The notes under the pieces were generated by a model that saw only the letters and a program-made list of their open reading frames with translations, had not been told where the DNA came from and searched no databases. 64,000 bases of DNA from Candidatus Nanopelagicales bacterium. Lineage in GTDB: Bacteria > Actinomycetota > Actinomycetes > S36-B12. Where the stretch lies: positions 1,208 through 65,207 of the forward strand of contig JBIIOU010000001.1 in assembly GCA_044336815.1 (NCBI GenBank), in the 5' to 3' direction. The position numbers and the translations under genes were made by a program. This document shows, one piece after another, positions 7,202 through 16,447 of the stretch. Position 1 is the first letter of the stretch, and each line of letters begins with the position of its first letter.

Positions 7202-8698
7202 ATGACCTACACCTCGGTGAATCCAGCCGCGTTCAGCGAAGTTATTGCTACTTTGTCACTTGCTAGCGCGGCCGAGGTCGTCGAAAACTGCCGGATAGCC
7301 CACGATGCCCAGCTCGGTTGGGCAGCTGTCCCTGCGCCGGCGCGCGGCCGAGTGATCGCTCAGGTTGGGCGCCTTGTGGAGGCAAATAAAGAGGCTCTCG
7401 CCAGCCTTGTTGCCCGCGAGATCGGCAAGGTCTACGCGGAGGCTCTCGGTGAGGTGCAGGAAGTAATCGATACCTGCGATTTCTTCTTGGGTGAAGGCCG
7501 CCGTATGTACGGCCAGACCATCCCAAGTGAAATGCCCGATAAACAGTTGTTCACTTTCCGAAATCCAGTTGGTTCAGTCGTGATAATCACGGCCGCGAAT
7601 TTCCCCGCGGCCGTACCATCTTGGTATTTCATCCCTGCGTTACTCACCGGCAACTCGGTGGTATGGAAACCCGCCGAGCAAGCGGGTGCTATTGCCCTGG
7701 CGATTACTGAACTCCTGCACGCTGGGGGAGTGCCTAAGGATGTGCTGCGGGTAGTAATCGCAGATGGTGAGGCAACTTTTGCTGGGCTCGAGGCGGCTCT
7801 TGACGCAGGATTTGTTGACAAGATCGGATTCACTGGATCAACAGCGGTGGGCCGCAAACTTGGTGAACTCGCTGGGAGGCATTTGCAATCACCGTGCCTA
7901 GAGTTAGGTGGCAAGAACCCGATGGTGGTTATGCCCGACGCAGACATTGATCTAGTAGTCGAAGGGGCATTGTTTGCTGGGTTCGGCACAGCTGGCCAGC
8001 GTTGCACCTCACTCGGCACTCTCTGGTTGCATCGATCAATTCACGATACGGTTTTGGCGAGATACGCTGACGCGGTCTCGAATGCGGCTGTCGGTGATCC
8101 GTTTGCCGACGTACTTTATGGGCCTGTGATTGATGAGAAGTATTTAGTCGATCACCTACGAAATCTGGAGTTGATTCAGTCTCACCACCGTGTTCTTGGT
8201 TCCACCGGCGTCGGGCAAATTACCAAGACCAACCCAAGGGCGGGGTTCGTCGGCGACCCTATGACGGGGTGGTTCGCGCACCCAACCATCGTTGCTGGGG
8301 TGCGCCCTGGAGATGCGCTTTACGAGAATGAGACTTTTGGCCCATTGGTAGGCGTGGGCGTTTTCGATTCGCTGGACGAGGCTATTGAGTTAGCGAACGG
8401 ACACGGTTACGGGTTATCAAGTGCGCTCTATTCCAATGATCCAAAGACGATTTGGCGGTTCCGCGAGGGCATCAGTGCCGGCATGCTTTCGATAAATAAT
8501 TCGACGTCGGGTGCAGAAGCCCATTTGCCGTTTGGTGGCAACGGTAAAAGCGGTAACGGCTCTAGGCAAAGTGGTATTTGGGTGCTAGACCAGTTCACCC
8601 GATGGCAAGCAATGAATTGGGATTACAGCGGGAAATTGCAAAAGGCACAGATGGACGTAATTGATCTACCGCATGATCCAGACTTTAAAATCACCTAG
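7202..8698 (+). CDS. Aldehyde dehydrogenase family protein (ALDH7/piperideine-6-carboxylate dehydrogenase-like)
   Basis: ELGGKNP and FGTAGQRCTS catalytic motifs; C-terminal SGAEAHLPFGGNGKSGNGSRQSG. ATG 7202 is chosen because the ORF-track extension (7031) runs antisense into the L,D-transpeptidase gene. Confidence 0.85.
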   Translation: MTYTSVNPAAFSEVIATLSLASAAEVVENCRIAHDAQLGWAAVPAPARGRVIAQVGRLVEANKEALASLVAREIGKVYAEALGEVQEVIDTCDFFLGEGRRMYGQTIPSEMPDKQLFTFRNPVGSVVIITAANFPAAVPSWYFIPALLTGNSVVWKPAEQAGAIALAITELLHAGGVPKDVLRVVIADGEATFAGLEAALDAGFVDKIGFTGSTAVGRKLGELAGRHLQSPCLELGGKNPMVVMPDADIDLVVEGALFAGFGTAGQRCTSLGTLWLHRSIHDTVLARYADAVSNAAVGDPFADVLYGPVIDEKYLVDHLRNLELIQSHHRVLGSTGVGQITKTNPRAGFVGDPMTGWFAHPTIVAGVRPGDALYENETFGPLVGVGVFDSLDEAIELANGHGYGLSSALYSNDPKTIWRFREGISAGMLSINNSTSGAEAHLPFGGNGKSGNGSRQSGIWVLDQFTRWQAMNWDYSGKLQKAQMDVIDLPHDPDFKIT

Positions 8699-8706
8699 TC
8701 CTGCGT

Positions 8707-10257
8707 TTAGGCGCGCGACTCAAACATCCCAAATAGCGCGGCGATACCAAGTACCGAACGTGGTGAATACGCGGCTCGCCAGAGCCCACCATGGTTTGCT
8801 CCCTGTACGAAAAGCTCCATTGGGTTTTGCAATTCGGTAGCGGGATTCGCCGTAGCACTCGGATTTCTTAGGTCGTGCACCAACAATGCGGCCATCAAAG
8901 TGGTTGAAGTTGCTGGCTCGAAGACTTCTATGCCGAATCTTCCTGCGCCAGCATACGCGGAAGCGAGAGCACGACTCTTTACTACAGATTGTGTCCGCGT
9001 TGCGGGGGCTAGATTGATTGATACCGGTGTACCGGTCGAACGTGCTACCAATGCACGCCATCTTTGGAGGCGCTTTGCGAGTGCATAGTTGGCGCCCTGC
9101 TGCGAGATTAAGGAGTCGTTAAGCCCGACTTCTGTGCCGTCACCGGCGAAAATAGTTTGTTGGTAATTAGGCTCAAACTGTTTGAGGGTGCGCAGAGGAG
9201 TCTGGAGCAGCCCACTAAGGCCTCGGGCATCCCAGCGCCGACGTGATTCAAGGACAACTTCGAGGGGAACCATAAAAGTGTCGGTGGGTGTGGCGAGGTA
9301 GGCAAGGGAAATGTCACGGCTGCTACCGAGTAAGTCGGCAACCACTGCGTCGGCCGCCATTGACAGGAGCACATGTTGTGATCCGTCAGCGTATGCGTAT
9401 GTACCAAGCACGAATGGTTGCCTGATTTCAGCGAGCCAAGTACGAACTTCAGGGGCGCGGGTAAGCAAATTCGCCCCGGCTACATTGGCGATCGCGAGAT
9501 CATCTTCTGGGTGTACCAAGCCATCTACAACTAGCGGCGGGTTGCCGTCAGCATCGAGCTCAATTGGAATTCGTATTGAACCGGCCGTGCTTCGGGCAAT
9601 GTCAATGAGCCGCTGCCAAATTGCGGGCCGTTGCAGGTCGACCGCGTGCACGGTCGCTCCCCAACGCAGGAGTGATCTGATTGGGCCCATTTCGGCTCCG
9701 GCGCCTAACAGCGCGATGTCGACCCCACGCAGATCGAGCCAATCTGGGTTATCCAGCACCAGGTGAATGGCTTCACCGAAACTTGGTTCGGCAATGCCAT
9801 CGTCGACCCATTTGTCGACTTGGTCTCGCAAGTGCCTGCCAAATAGCCGCCTCCCGTGATAGGGCAACGACAGGTCGGACTCCAACTGTGCTGCACCTTG
9901 AACCTGTACCGAGCCAAAGCCAGAGGCAGAAAATGTCGCCATTGCTTCGCCTAAGTTCAACTCCTGGCCATCGCGGCCAAAGCGAAAACGCCGATGCGCA
10001 GAGTCCAAGCCGTCACTTGAGACCTGCAACGCAGCGGCAGGTGTCATGGTTGCCGCCGCGACGATGTCACGTATTGGAGTTAGGTATCCCGATCGCCAAT
10101 CGCGGGTGTGCTCAATGCGCTCGGCAAGTGATGAATCCACTCCGCGAACACAATCAGCGAAGATCGCCCGCCCGGTTGCGCTTGTGCTGCGTTTGCCATC
10201 ACCGCCCGCAGGGAAGCAAACCCCCTCGGGAGTTTGGTAGTCTGAGTTCACTGGCAC
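8707..10257 (-). CDS. Uncharacterised ~516-aa protein with a central Rossmann-type nucleotide (NAD or SAM)-binding signature
   Basis: DIALLGAGAEMGPIRSLLRWGATVHAVDL is a GxGxxG ... acidic residue at the end of beta-2. GTG 10257 lies 13 nt downstream of the decarboxylase stop. The ORF-track start 10545 would overlap that gene by 275 nt. I recognise no family. Confidence 0.55.
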   Translation of the reverse strand: MPVNSDYQTPEGVCFPAGGDGKRSTSATGRAIFADCVRGVDSSLAERIEHTRDWRSGYLTPIRDIVAAATMTPAAALQVSSDGLDSAHRRFRFGRDGQELNLGEAMATFSASGFGSVQVQGAAQLESDLSLPYHGRRLFGRHLRDQVDKWVDDGIAEPSFGEAIHLVLDNPDWLDLRGVDIALLGAGAEMGPIRSLLRWGATVHAVDLQRPAIWQRLIDIARSTAGSIRIPIELDADGNPPLVVDGLVHPEDDLAIANVAGANLLTRAPEVRTWLAEIRQPFVLGTYAYADGSQHVLLSMAADAVVADLLGSSRDISLAYLATPTDTFMVPLEVVLESRRRWDARGLSGLLQTPLRTLKQFEPNYQQTIFAGDGTEVGLNDSLISQQGANYALAKRLQRWRALVARSTGTPVSINLAPATRTQSVVKSRALASAYAGAGRFGIEVFEPATSTTLMAALLVHDLRNPSATANPATELQNPMELFVQGANHGGLWRAAYSPRSVLGIAALFGMFESRA

Positions 10258-10270
10258 AACTGCAGAATAC

Positions 10271-11695
10271 CTATTTGGTTGGCGGGTGATCGTGCGGCCC
10301 AATGGAGCCGAGTTCGTCTGCGACCTCGAGGGTGATGTCGACGTCCGCCATCGTTGTTCGGAAATTGGTAAAACAGGGCCGCAGCCAAACCTGTCCATCG
10401 ATAGTTGCTGGTGAGATGTAGACCCGGCCGTCACGCTGCATCCGAGCGCAAACATCGAGATTGTGCGCATCAAGGTCGGTGCAACCTGGCAACACATGTC
10501 GAAACGGCACAATTGACAATTGCGGTGGTGACGCCAGTACTTCAAAGCGTGGGTGGGCGCTGGCTGAACGATAAAGGTGCTGTGCTTGCTCGCAATTCTC
10601 GGCTATTGCCGCTCGAAATGCTTGGGCACCGTGAACGCGCAGCGCCAGCCATAACTTCATGGCACGCAGGGGCCGTGAGTACTCCAAAGTTATGTCGACC
10701 GCATTCAATTCGTCATCCTCGTGTGGGATGTATGCCTCATCATGGGCAAAGGTGCGCGCAAGGGTTTGCGCATCACGAACCAAGACTGCACTGCAGGCTT
10801 TAGGGACGAACATCCACTTATGTGCGTCGACGCTCACTGAGTCAGCGCGCGAAAGTCCAGCGAAGAGCGGTGCGGTTAGCGGTGCGCTGGCGGCGGGTAG
10901 GCCGTAGGCGCCATCGACATGGAGCCAAATACCGAATGACTCGCAGATATCCGCAAGGGCGGCAATTGGGTCCACAGATCCGGTCAGCGTGGTGCCGGCG
11001 GTGGCAATGACAGCAACCGGCGTAACCCCGTTTGCCAAGTCGAGTGCGATCGCTGCGTGAAGTGCCTCAGGTTGCATACGCCGTTGCACGTCAATCGGGA
11101 TATCGCGAACCGCATTGCGTCCAAAACCCAAAAGTTCAGCCGCACGAGTAATTGAATAGTGGGCTTCGGCTGAGCAATAGATCGCGGGTCGAGTGTCACT
11201 TAGCCCAGTTGTGCGGGAACCAGGGAGTGCCCGTTCGCGGGCGGCAGCGAGCGCGGTGATATTGCTGATGGTGCCACCACTGGTGAATGAACCCAAGCGC
11301 GCGGGGAACCCCAAGAAATCAGCCAGCCAGCCGATGGTCTGGGCTTCCAGGCGCGTTGCAGCCCGGGCGTCTAGTGCCAAATTAATGTCGTATGAGTGGG
11401 CGAGGAGATCTGCCAGCGCACCAATCTCGAGTCCGCTTGAGCCGATATAGGCCAAATATCTGGGGCGTGATTGGGCTAGTGAGGCGTCGAGGACATCACC
11501 CGCGGCATCTAGGCTTTCAATGACATTGCTGCCTTGCTCAGATAGCGGTTTGCGTAGTTCATTGATGAGGAGTTCGCTGATTTCGGTCTCAGATTCACGT
11601 GGACTATCGAAATCTCGCCACGCATGGGCAACGAGCGCCGCGGCGTGCTCAAGTGCAGCTTCCCGACTTGCCCCTAATGAGAGCGAATCCTTCAT
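10271..11695 (-). CDS. Group II pyridoxal-phosphate-dependent amino-acid decarboxylase
   Basis: PLP-lysine motif SVSVDAHKWMFVPKACS. Overall DABA/aromatic/glutamate decarboxylase-like layout. Its start overlaps the upstream gene stop (ATGA, 11692-11695). Confidence 0.9.
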   Translation of the reverse strand: MKDSLSLGASREAALEHAAALVAHAWRDFDSPRESETEISELLINELRKPLSEQGSNVIESLDAAGDVLDASLAQSRPRYLAYIGSSGLEIGALADLLAHSYDINLALDARAATRLEAQTIGWLADFLGFPARLGSFTSGGTISNITALAAARERALPGSRTTGLSDTRPAIYCSAEAHYSITRAAELLGFGRNAVRDIPIDVQRRMQPEALHAAIALDLANGVTPVAVIATAGTTLTGSVDPIAALADICESFGIWLHVDGAYGLPAASAPLTAPLFAGLSRADSVSVDAHKWMFVPKACSAVLVRDAQTLARTFAHDEAYIPHEDDELNAVDITLEYSRPLRAMKLWLALRVHGAQAFRAAIAENCEQAQHLYRSASAHPRFEVLASPPQLSIVPFRHVLPGCTDLDAHNLDVCARMQRDGRVYISPATIDGQVWLRPCFTNFRTTMADVDITLEVADELGSIGPHDHPPTK

Positions 11696-12867
11696 CGTTC
11701 CAGCAAATGCTTACGGTAAGGAGCCAGTTCTGCGGTGCGGTCAACGCCGACAACCCCGACCAGGCCGCTTTCATCTGAATACTCAACTATGCAGGCGTCG
11801 TCCGCAGTGCCTTCAACTATCTGGATTGAAGTTGCTAGCCCTGGCATTCCGAATGACTGAAGTTTGTATTGGTACTGGTCGGACCAAAAAGAAGGCATGG
11901 CGGCAAAAGGTGCTTGATCTGGTTGTTCACCGCGTAGAAGTGAGGCGAGTGAGGCACCGGCGCGCCGGCCGGTCTCGGTCGGGATATTCCAATGTTCGAT
12001 GCGCCTGGGGATGTTGCCGAAGAGCGCGTTCGGATGTCGGGCAATGTCGCCGACGGCAACCACTGGCACCTCGGCAGCAACCACCATCGCTTGGTCGACG
12101 AGTAGCCCGTCGGTGAGATCAAGGCCGTTGCCTTCAAGCCACTCCACATTACAAACCGAGCCGACAGCTTCAACAACAACCGACGCGGGTAGCTCGGTGC
12201 CGTCATCGAGTAACACGGAGGTAATGTGCTCTCCTCCAAGGAACGACTGCACGGTTCGGCCGAGGTGGAAGTTCACCCCATGGTGCTCATGGCGTGAACT
12301 CATGCCCATCCCAAGTTCAGCACCCAGCGGTCGCACCATCGGCTGCTCATCAATTGCGACGATATGTACCTCGGCGCCCAGGCCACGTGCCGTCGCCGCC
12401 ACTTCGCACCCAATAAAACCCGCTCCCATAATTACCGCGGTGCGCCCCGGTACTAGGTAGTTGCGCAGGTTCATTGCATCGTGGGCGGTTCGCAGCACGT
12501 GACGACCATTTTCGGGGCCTGCGATAGGCAACCGGCGTGGGCGAATCCCTGAAGCGATGACAAGACCGTCAAATGACAAGTGGGTGCCATCGGCCAAGGT
12601 GACGGTCCGTGCGGCAAAGTCACTTGCGATCGCCGGTGAACCTAGTCGCCAGTCGACGTCGGCGACCGATGGCTTACGGCGAAACTCAAGTTCAGCAACG
12701 TGAACACCCGCTGATAGCGCCTCCTTTGAAAGGGGCGGCCGGTTGTACGGCATTGCTGGCTCATCGCCGACAACGGTGATGGCACCTTCGAAACCGGCAC
12801 CACGAAGGGCCTCGGCTGCTCTTAAGCCACCAAGGCCGGCACCTACTACGAGTACTTTGGCAGTCAT
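11692..12867 (-). CDS. FAD/NAD(P)H-dependent oxidoreductase of the ferredoxin (putidaredoxin/rubredoxin) reductase family
   Basis: Two dinucleotide-binding motifs (VLVVGAGLGGLRAAEAL; AVIMGAGFIGCEVAA) and a C-terminal reductase dimerisation region. Confidence 0.85.
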   Translation of the reverse strand: MTAKVLVVGAGLGGLRAAEALRGAGFEGAITVVGDEPAMPYNRPPLSKEALSAGVHVAELEFRRKPSVADVDWRLGSPAIASDFAARTVTLADGTHLSFDGLVIASGIRPRRLPIAGPENGRHVLRTAHDAMNLRNYLVPGRTAVIMGAGFIGCEVAATARGLGAEVHIVAIDEQPMVRPLGAELGMGMSSRHEHHGVNFHLGRTVQSFLGGEHITSVLLDDGTELPASVVVEAVGSVCNVEWLEGNGLDLTDGLLVDQAMVVAAEVPVVAVGDIARHPNALFGNIPRRIEHWNIPTETGRRAGASLASLLRGEQPDQAPFAAMPSFWSDQYQYKLQSFGMPGLATSIQIVEGTADDACIVEYSDESGLVGVVGVDRTAELAPYRKHLLER

Positions 12868-12901
12868 AACATTGAAATTATTGTCTAGCCGATAGCGATG
12901 C

Positions 12902-12925
12902 CTTGCGGTGGGTCTTGCGGTGGGT
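12902..12925. repeat. Perfect 12-bp tandem direct repeat CTTGCGGTGGGT x2 in the divergent intergenic region
   Basis: Read directly: 12902-12913 and 12914-12925 are identical. Confidence 0.9.
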
Positions 12926-13111
12926 TCGCATCGACTCAGGTGAGTGTTGTCCGTCTAGCTTGCCGCAACCAAGGCAATGACCACGATGCCCTCTGGATGG
13001 AGTGTGGCGGAGCGTCGGTTACGATGAAGTGTGATGAGGCTGGGCGTCGTTTAACCGAAGTCACCGACCGTGGTACCCGTGAAATAACGCATTGGGAGAC
13101 AGTAAATTACC

Positions 13112-13966
13112 TTGACCACATCTAATCGCTACATCTTGACTATCAAGTGCCCAGACCAGGCGGGAATTATTCATCGGGTTTCGGGTGCCCTGATGGCGGT
13201 CGGTGGCAATGTACTGGAGCAGGCGCAGTTCACCGATGAGGATTCAGGTTTTTTCTGCATGCGCACTAAGTTCGAAACACTCAGGGGAGACCTAGAAGCA
13301 TTGACTTCGGTAGTGGTCGACCACGTCAAGAGCCTTGAGCCCGAGTTGACCCTTCGCCGTGAGGCCGATCATCTCCGGGCAATAATTCTTGTTTCAAAGC
13401 ACGACCACTGCTTGCTGGATCTGCTTTACCGATTTGGCAATGGTGAGATGCCTATTGATATTCCAGTGATTGTTTCGAATCATGAGGACTGTCGCGAGAT
13501 TGCTGACAGGTACCACATCCCTTATGTGCACTTGCCGATTACTCCAGATAACAAGGCTGAGCAAGAAGCTAAACTGTTAGACCTGATTGCTGAGCACGTG
13601 ATTGATGTCGTTGTTCTGGCTCGATACATGCAAGTACTATCCGGTGATTTCTGCGACAAGATGCCGGGACGAATAATTAATATTCACCACTCTTTCCTGC
13701 CGGGGTTCAAAGGTGCTCGCCCATACCAGCAAGCGCATGAGCGTGGCGTGAAACTGATTGGAGCCACCGCACACTTTGTCACGGGCGATCTAGACGAGGG
13801 ACCGATCATCGAGCAGAGCGTCGAGCGAGTAAGTCACGCGAATACAGCCGCTGATTTAGTGGAAATCGGACGCGATGTAGAGCGTGTGGTCTTATCCAGA
13901 GCGGTGCGCTTGTTCGCCGAAGACCGAATAATTCTTACCGGTCAGCGAACCGTCGTATTTTCCTAG
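13112..13966 (+). CDS. purU: Formyltetrahydrofolate deformylase
   Basis: N-terminal ACT domain (ILTIKCPDQAGIIHRVSGAL) plus a formyltransferase core (INIHHSFLPGFKGARPYQQA, ATAHFVTGDLDEGPII). TTG start. Confidence 0.9.
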   Translation: MTTSNRYILTIKCPDQAGIIHRVSGALMAVGGNVLEQAQFTDEDSGFFCMRTKFETLRGDLEALTSVVVDHVKSLEPELTLRREADHLRAIILVSKHDHCLLDLLYRFGNGEMPIDIPVIVSNHEDCREIADRYHIPYVHLPITPDNKAEQEAKLLDLIAEHVIDVVVLARYMQVLSGDFCDKMPGRIINIHHSFLPGFKGARPYQQAHERGVKLIGATAHFVTGDLDEGPIIEQSVERVSHANTAADLVEIGRDVERVVLSRAVRLFAEDRIILTGQRTVVFS

Positions 13967-14026
13967 CACTAATGCACTTTCAATGCCGACTGTCTGATCT
14001 TTGCTTAGGAATTAGGAGGGTGAAAA

Positions 14027-15181
14027 GTGAGTGAAATTTCTCCGCTCCTCGATGGCATAGTCGTGGTTTCAGTTGAGCAAGCGATCTCCGCACCGTTCGC
14101 GACGAGGCAACTCGCAGACCTGGGCGCGACTGTTATCAAGGTTGAACGCACCGAAGGTGATTTCGCACGCCACTATGATTCGGTGGTCGAAGGAAATTCG
14201 GCATTCTTCGTATGGGCAAACGTTGGTAAGCAGTCGATCGTTATCGATATGCGCAACCCCGATGACCATGAACTCTTGAAGGCACTAATCGCGGGCTCTG
14301 ACGTATTTATTCATAACATGTCGCCAAGTGCGGCGAAAGGCAGAGGGCTTGACGCTGACACCTTGCGCGCTGAAAAACCAAACTTGATTGTGTGCGAAAT
14401 ATCTGGATATGGCCCAGATGGACCACGAAGTGAAGATAAAGCGTACGACTTAGCTATACAGGCGGAGGCTGGTGCTTTCTCCGTCACCGGCGATGAGAAC
14501 ATGAGCAAGGTTGGTTTCTCGGTGGCAGACATTGCCGCAGGCATGTATGCACTTACTAGCATTCTGGCCTCACTTGTGCGCCGTGATAGGACGGGTGAAG
14601 GTGCCTCCATCCATGTATCCATGCTTGAGGCGCTTGCCGAATGGCTTTCCGCTCCGCTATACGCCGCGGCATACGGTGTCGGCCAGCCTCCGCGGACGGG
14701 CCGTAGGCATCACGCGATAGCGCCTTACGGCACCTTTCACTTGAGTGATGACCGCACTATTTTGATCGCTGTGCAAAGCGACGGAGAGTGGCGGTCATTG
14801 GCCACATCATTATTGGAAGATCCCGCTCTTGGTATAGACCCAAGATTTTTGACCAACAGTAATCGCCTTGCAAATGTTGAGCAGTTGGAATCGCTGATCA
14901 GCGAAAAGTTGGCATCGATTTCAGGAGCGGAGGCGATGGATCGCCTACGCGACGGCCGCATCGCTGTGGCGCGGGTAAATGACCTCACCGGTGTCTGGGC
15001 GCATGAGCAACTTCGCGCACGCGGGCATTTTCACGAGGTGCAGACCGAGCATGGTCCGGTTGAGTTACTTGACCCACCATTTGACATTAGTGGCTGGGTT
15101 CGGCCCCCGAGCGGTGTACCGGGGTTGGGCGAACATGACCCAACGGTTCTGTCCGCCATTATCGAACGCGGCCGCAAGTAG
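14027..15181 (+). CDS. Family III CoA-transferase (CaiB/BaiF family)
   Basis: N-terminal LDGIVVVSVEQAISAPFATRQLADLGATVIKVE is typical of the family. SD AGGAGGG before GTG 14027. Confidence 0.85.
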   Translation: MSEISPLLDGIVVVSVEQAISAPFATRQLADLGATVIKVERTEGDFARHYDSVVEGNSAFFVWANVGKQSIVIDMRNPDDHELLKALIAGSDVFIHNMSPSAAKGRGLDADTLRAEKPNLIVCEISGYGPDGPRSEDKAYDLAIQAEAGAFSVTGDENMSKVGFSVADIAAGMYALTSILASLVRRDRTGEGASIHVSMLEALAEWLSAPLYAAAYGVGQPPRTGRRHHAIAPYGTFHLSDDRTILIAVQSDGEWRSLATSLLEDPALGIDPRFLTNSNRLANVEQLESLISEKLASISGAEAMDRLRDGRIAVARVNDLTGVWAHEQLRARGHFHEVQTEHGPVELLDPPFDISGWVRPPSGVPGLGEHDPTVLSAIIERGRK

Positions 15182-15245
15182 GCCTGCAAATCACGTTCTG
15201 CATTTATTCTTAGTGGCTAAATTGCTTCAACTGTTTAGGTAGATG

Positions 15246-16400
15246 TCAGTAGGACTTGGGTAACCCAAGAACATGTTGGCCGAGATATGCGAGCACCAGA
15301 TTGTTGTTAATTGGTGCTACTTGGTACAACCGGGTCTCCCTGAATTTTCGTTCAATGTCATATTCGACGGCGAAACCGAACCCGCCGTGGGTATCCATTG
15401 CGGCATTAGCGGCAGCCCATGATGCTTCGGAGGCAAGTAATTTCGCCATATTTGCCTCACTCGCGCAAGATTTACCGGCATCGTATTTTGCAGCAGCGTC
15501 AAAGCGCACTAGGTCGGCTGCTCTTAGTTGAGCGTACGCCTTGGCAAGGGGGAACTGGACACCCTGATTCGAGCCGATCTGCCGATCGAAAATAATTCGC
15601 TCATTCGCGTATGCCACAGCCTTTTCTAGCAGGTACCTACCGTCGCCTATGCATTCTGAAGCGATCAGGATGCGTTCAGCGTTCATGCCATCAAGGATGT
15701 ACCGAAACCCTTTCCCGGCCTCGCCAATCAGGGCATCAGCAGGGATTACCACATTATCGAAGAAGACCTCGGTGGTGCTGTGGTTGATCATGGTCTTGAT
15801 CGGCTTAATGGTGATGCCGTCGACTTTGCGCATGTCTATTAAAAAGGTTGACAGGCCTTCGGTGGGCTTCGCGCACTCGTCGTACGGGGTAGTTCGGGCC
15901 AGCAGCAACATGAGATCCGAATAAAGCGCGCGTGACGTCCATATCTTCTGCCCGTTGACGCGCCAGCCTTCGGGCACCTTTTCGGCTTTGGTACTAATGC
16001 GAGTTGTCTCGGACCCAGCCCCTGGCTCGGTAACACCGAATGCCTGCAGGCGCAGGCGGCCGGCCGCGATCTCTGGCAGGTACTGCTGTTTTTGTTCGGC
16101 ACTGCCGTGACGCAATACGGTGCCCATTACGTACATCTGCGCGTGGCAAGCAGCTGGGTTGCCACCAGAGGCGGATATCTCTTCGAGGATTACCGATGCC
16201 TCGGTCAAAGTGGCACCGCCGCCGCCATACTGCTCGGGGATCAAGGCACCGAGGAATCCGGCCGCGGTGATGGCTGCTACAAACTCGGTTGGGTAAGTGT
16301 CGGGTTCTAGGCCGCGCCAATATTCGCCCGTGAAGTTAGCGCAAACCTGCCGCACACCTGACCGGAGATCTTCATGCCCAGTGTCTTCGGTCCATTTCAC
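15246..16400 (-). CDS. Acyl-CoA dehydrogenase
   Basis: ACAD N/M/C domain pattern (EQYGGGG, TEPGAGSE, C-terminal YEGTN-like region QVAPINNN). GTG 16400 gives about 384 aa. The longer ORF-track version (to 16679) overlaps the upstream transporter gene. Confidence 0.85.
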   Translation of the reverse strand: MKWTEDTGHEDLRSGVRQVCANFTGEYWRGLEPDTYPTEFVAAITAAGFLGALIPEQYGGGGATLTEASVILEEISASGGNPAACHAQMYVMGTVLRHGSAEQKQQYLPEIAAGRLRLQAFGVTEPGAGSETTRISTKAEKVPEGWRVNGQKIWTSRALYSDLMLLLARTTPYDECAKPTEGLSTFLIDMRKVDGITIKPIKTMINHSTTEVFFDNVVIPADALIGEAGKGFRYILDGMNAERILIASECIGDGRYLLEKAVAYANERIIFDRQIGSNQGVQFPLAKAYAQLRAADLVRFDAAAKYDAGKSCASEANMAKLLASEASWAAANAAMDTHGGFGFAVEYDIERKFRETRLYQVAPINNNLVLAYLGQHVLGLPKSY

Positions 16401-16447
16401 GGTGCTATTTGTACCATGGTGGCTCGAGTGGGGTATGAAAAAGTCAA

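Noticed and set aside
12868-13111. ZTP (pfl) or other folate/purine riboswitch in the purU leader. AGGCTGGGCG at about 13036-13045 faintly resembles the CCGCCUGGGC pseudoknot strand.
   Set aside because: I could not find the 5' sub-domain consensus (GGGUCGUGACUGGCG ... GGUGGA ... ACCGGG) or a convincing fold. Activation of a 10-formyl-THF hydrolase by ZTP would also be physiologically odd. A cmscan is needed before any claim.
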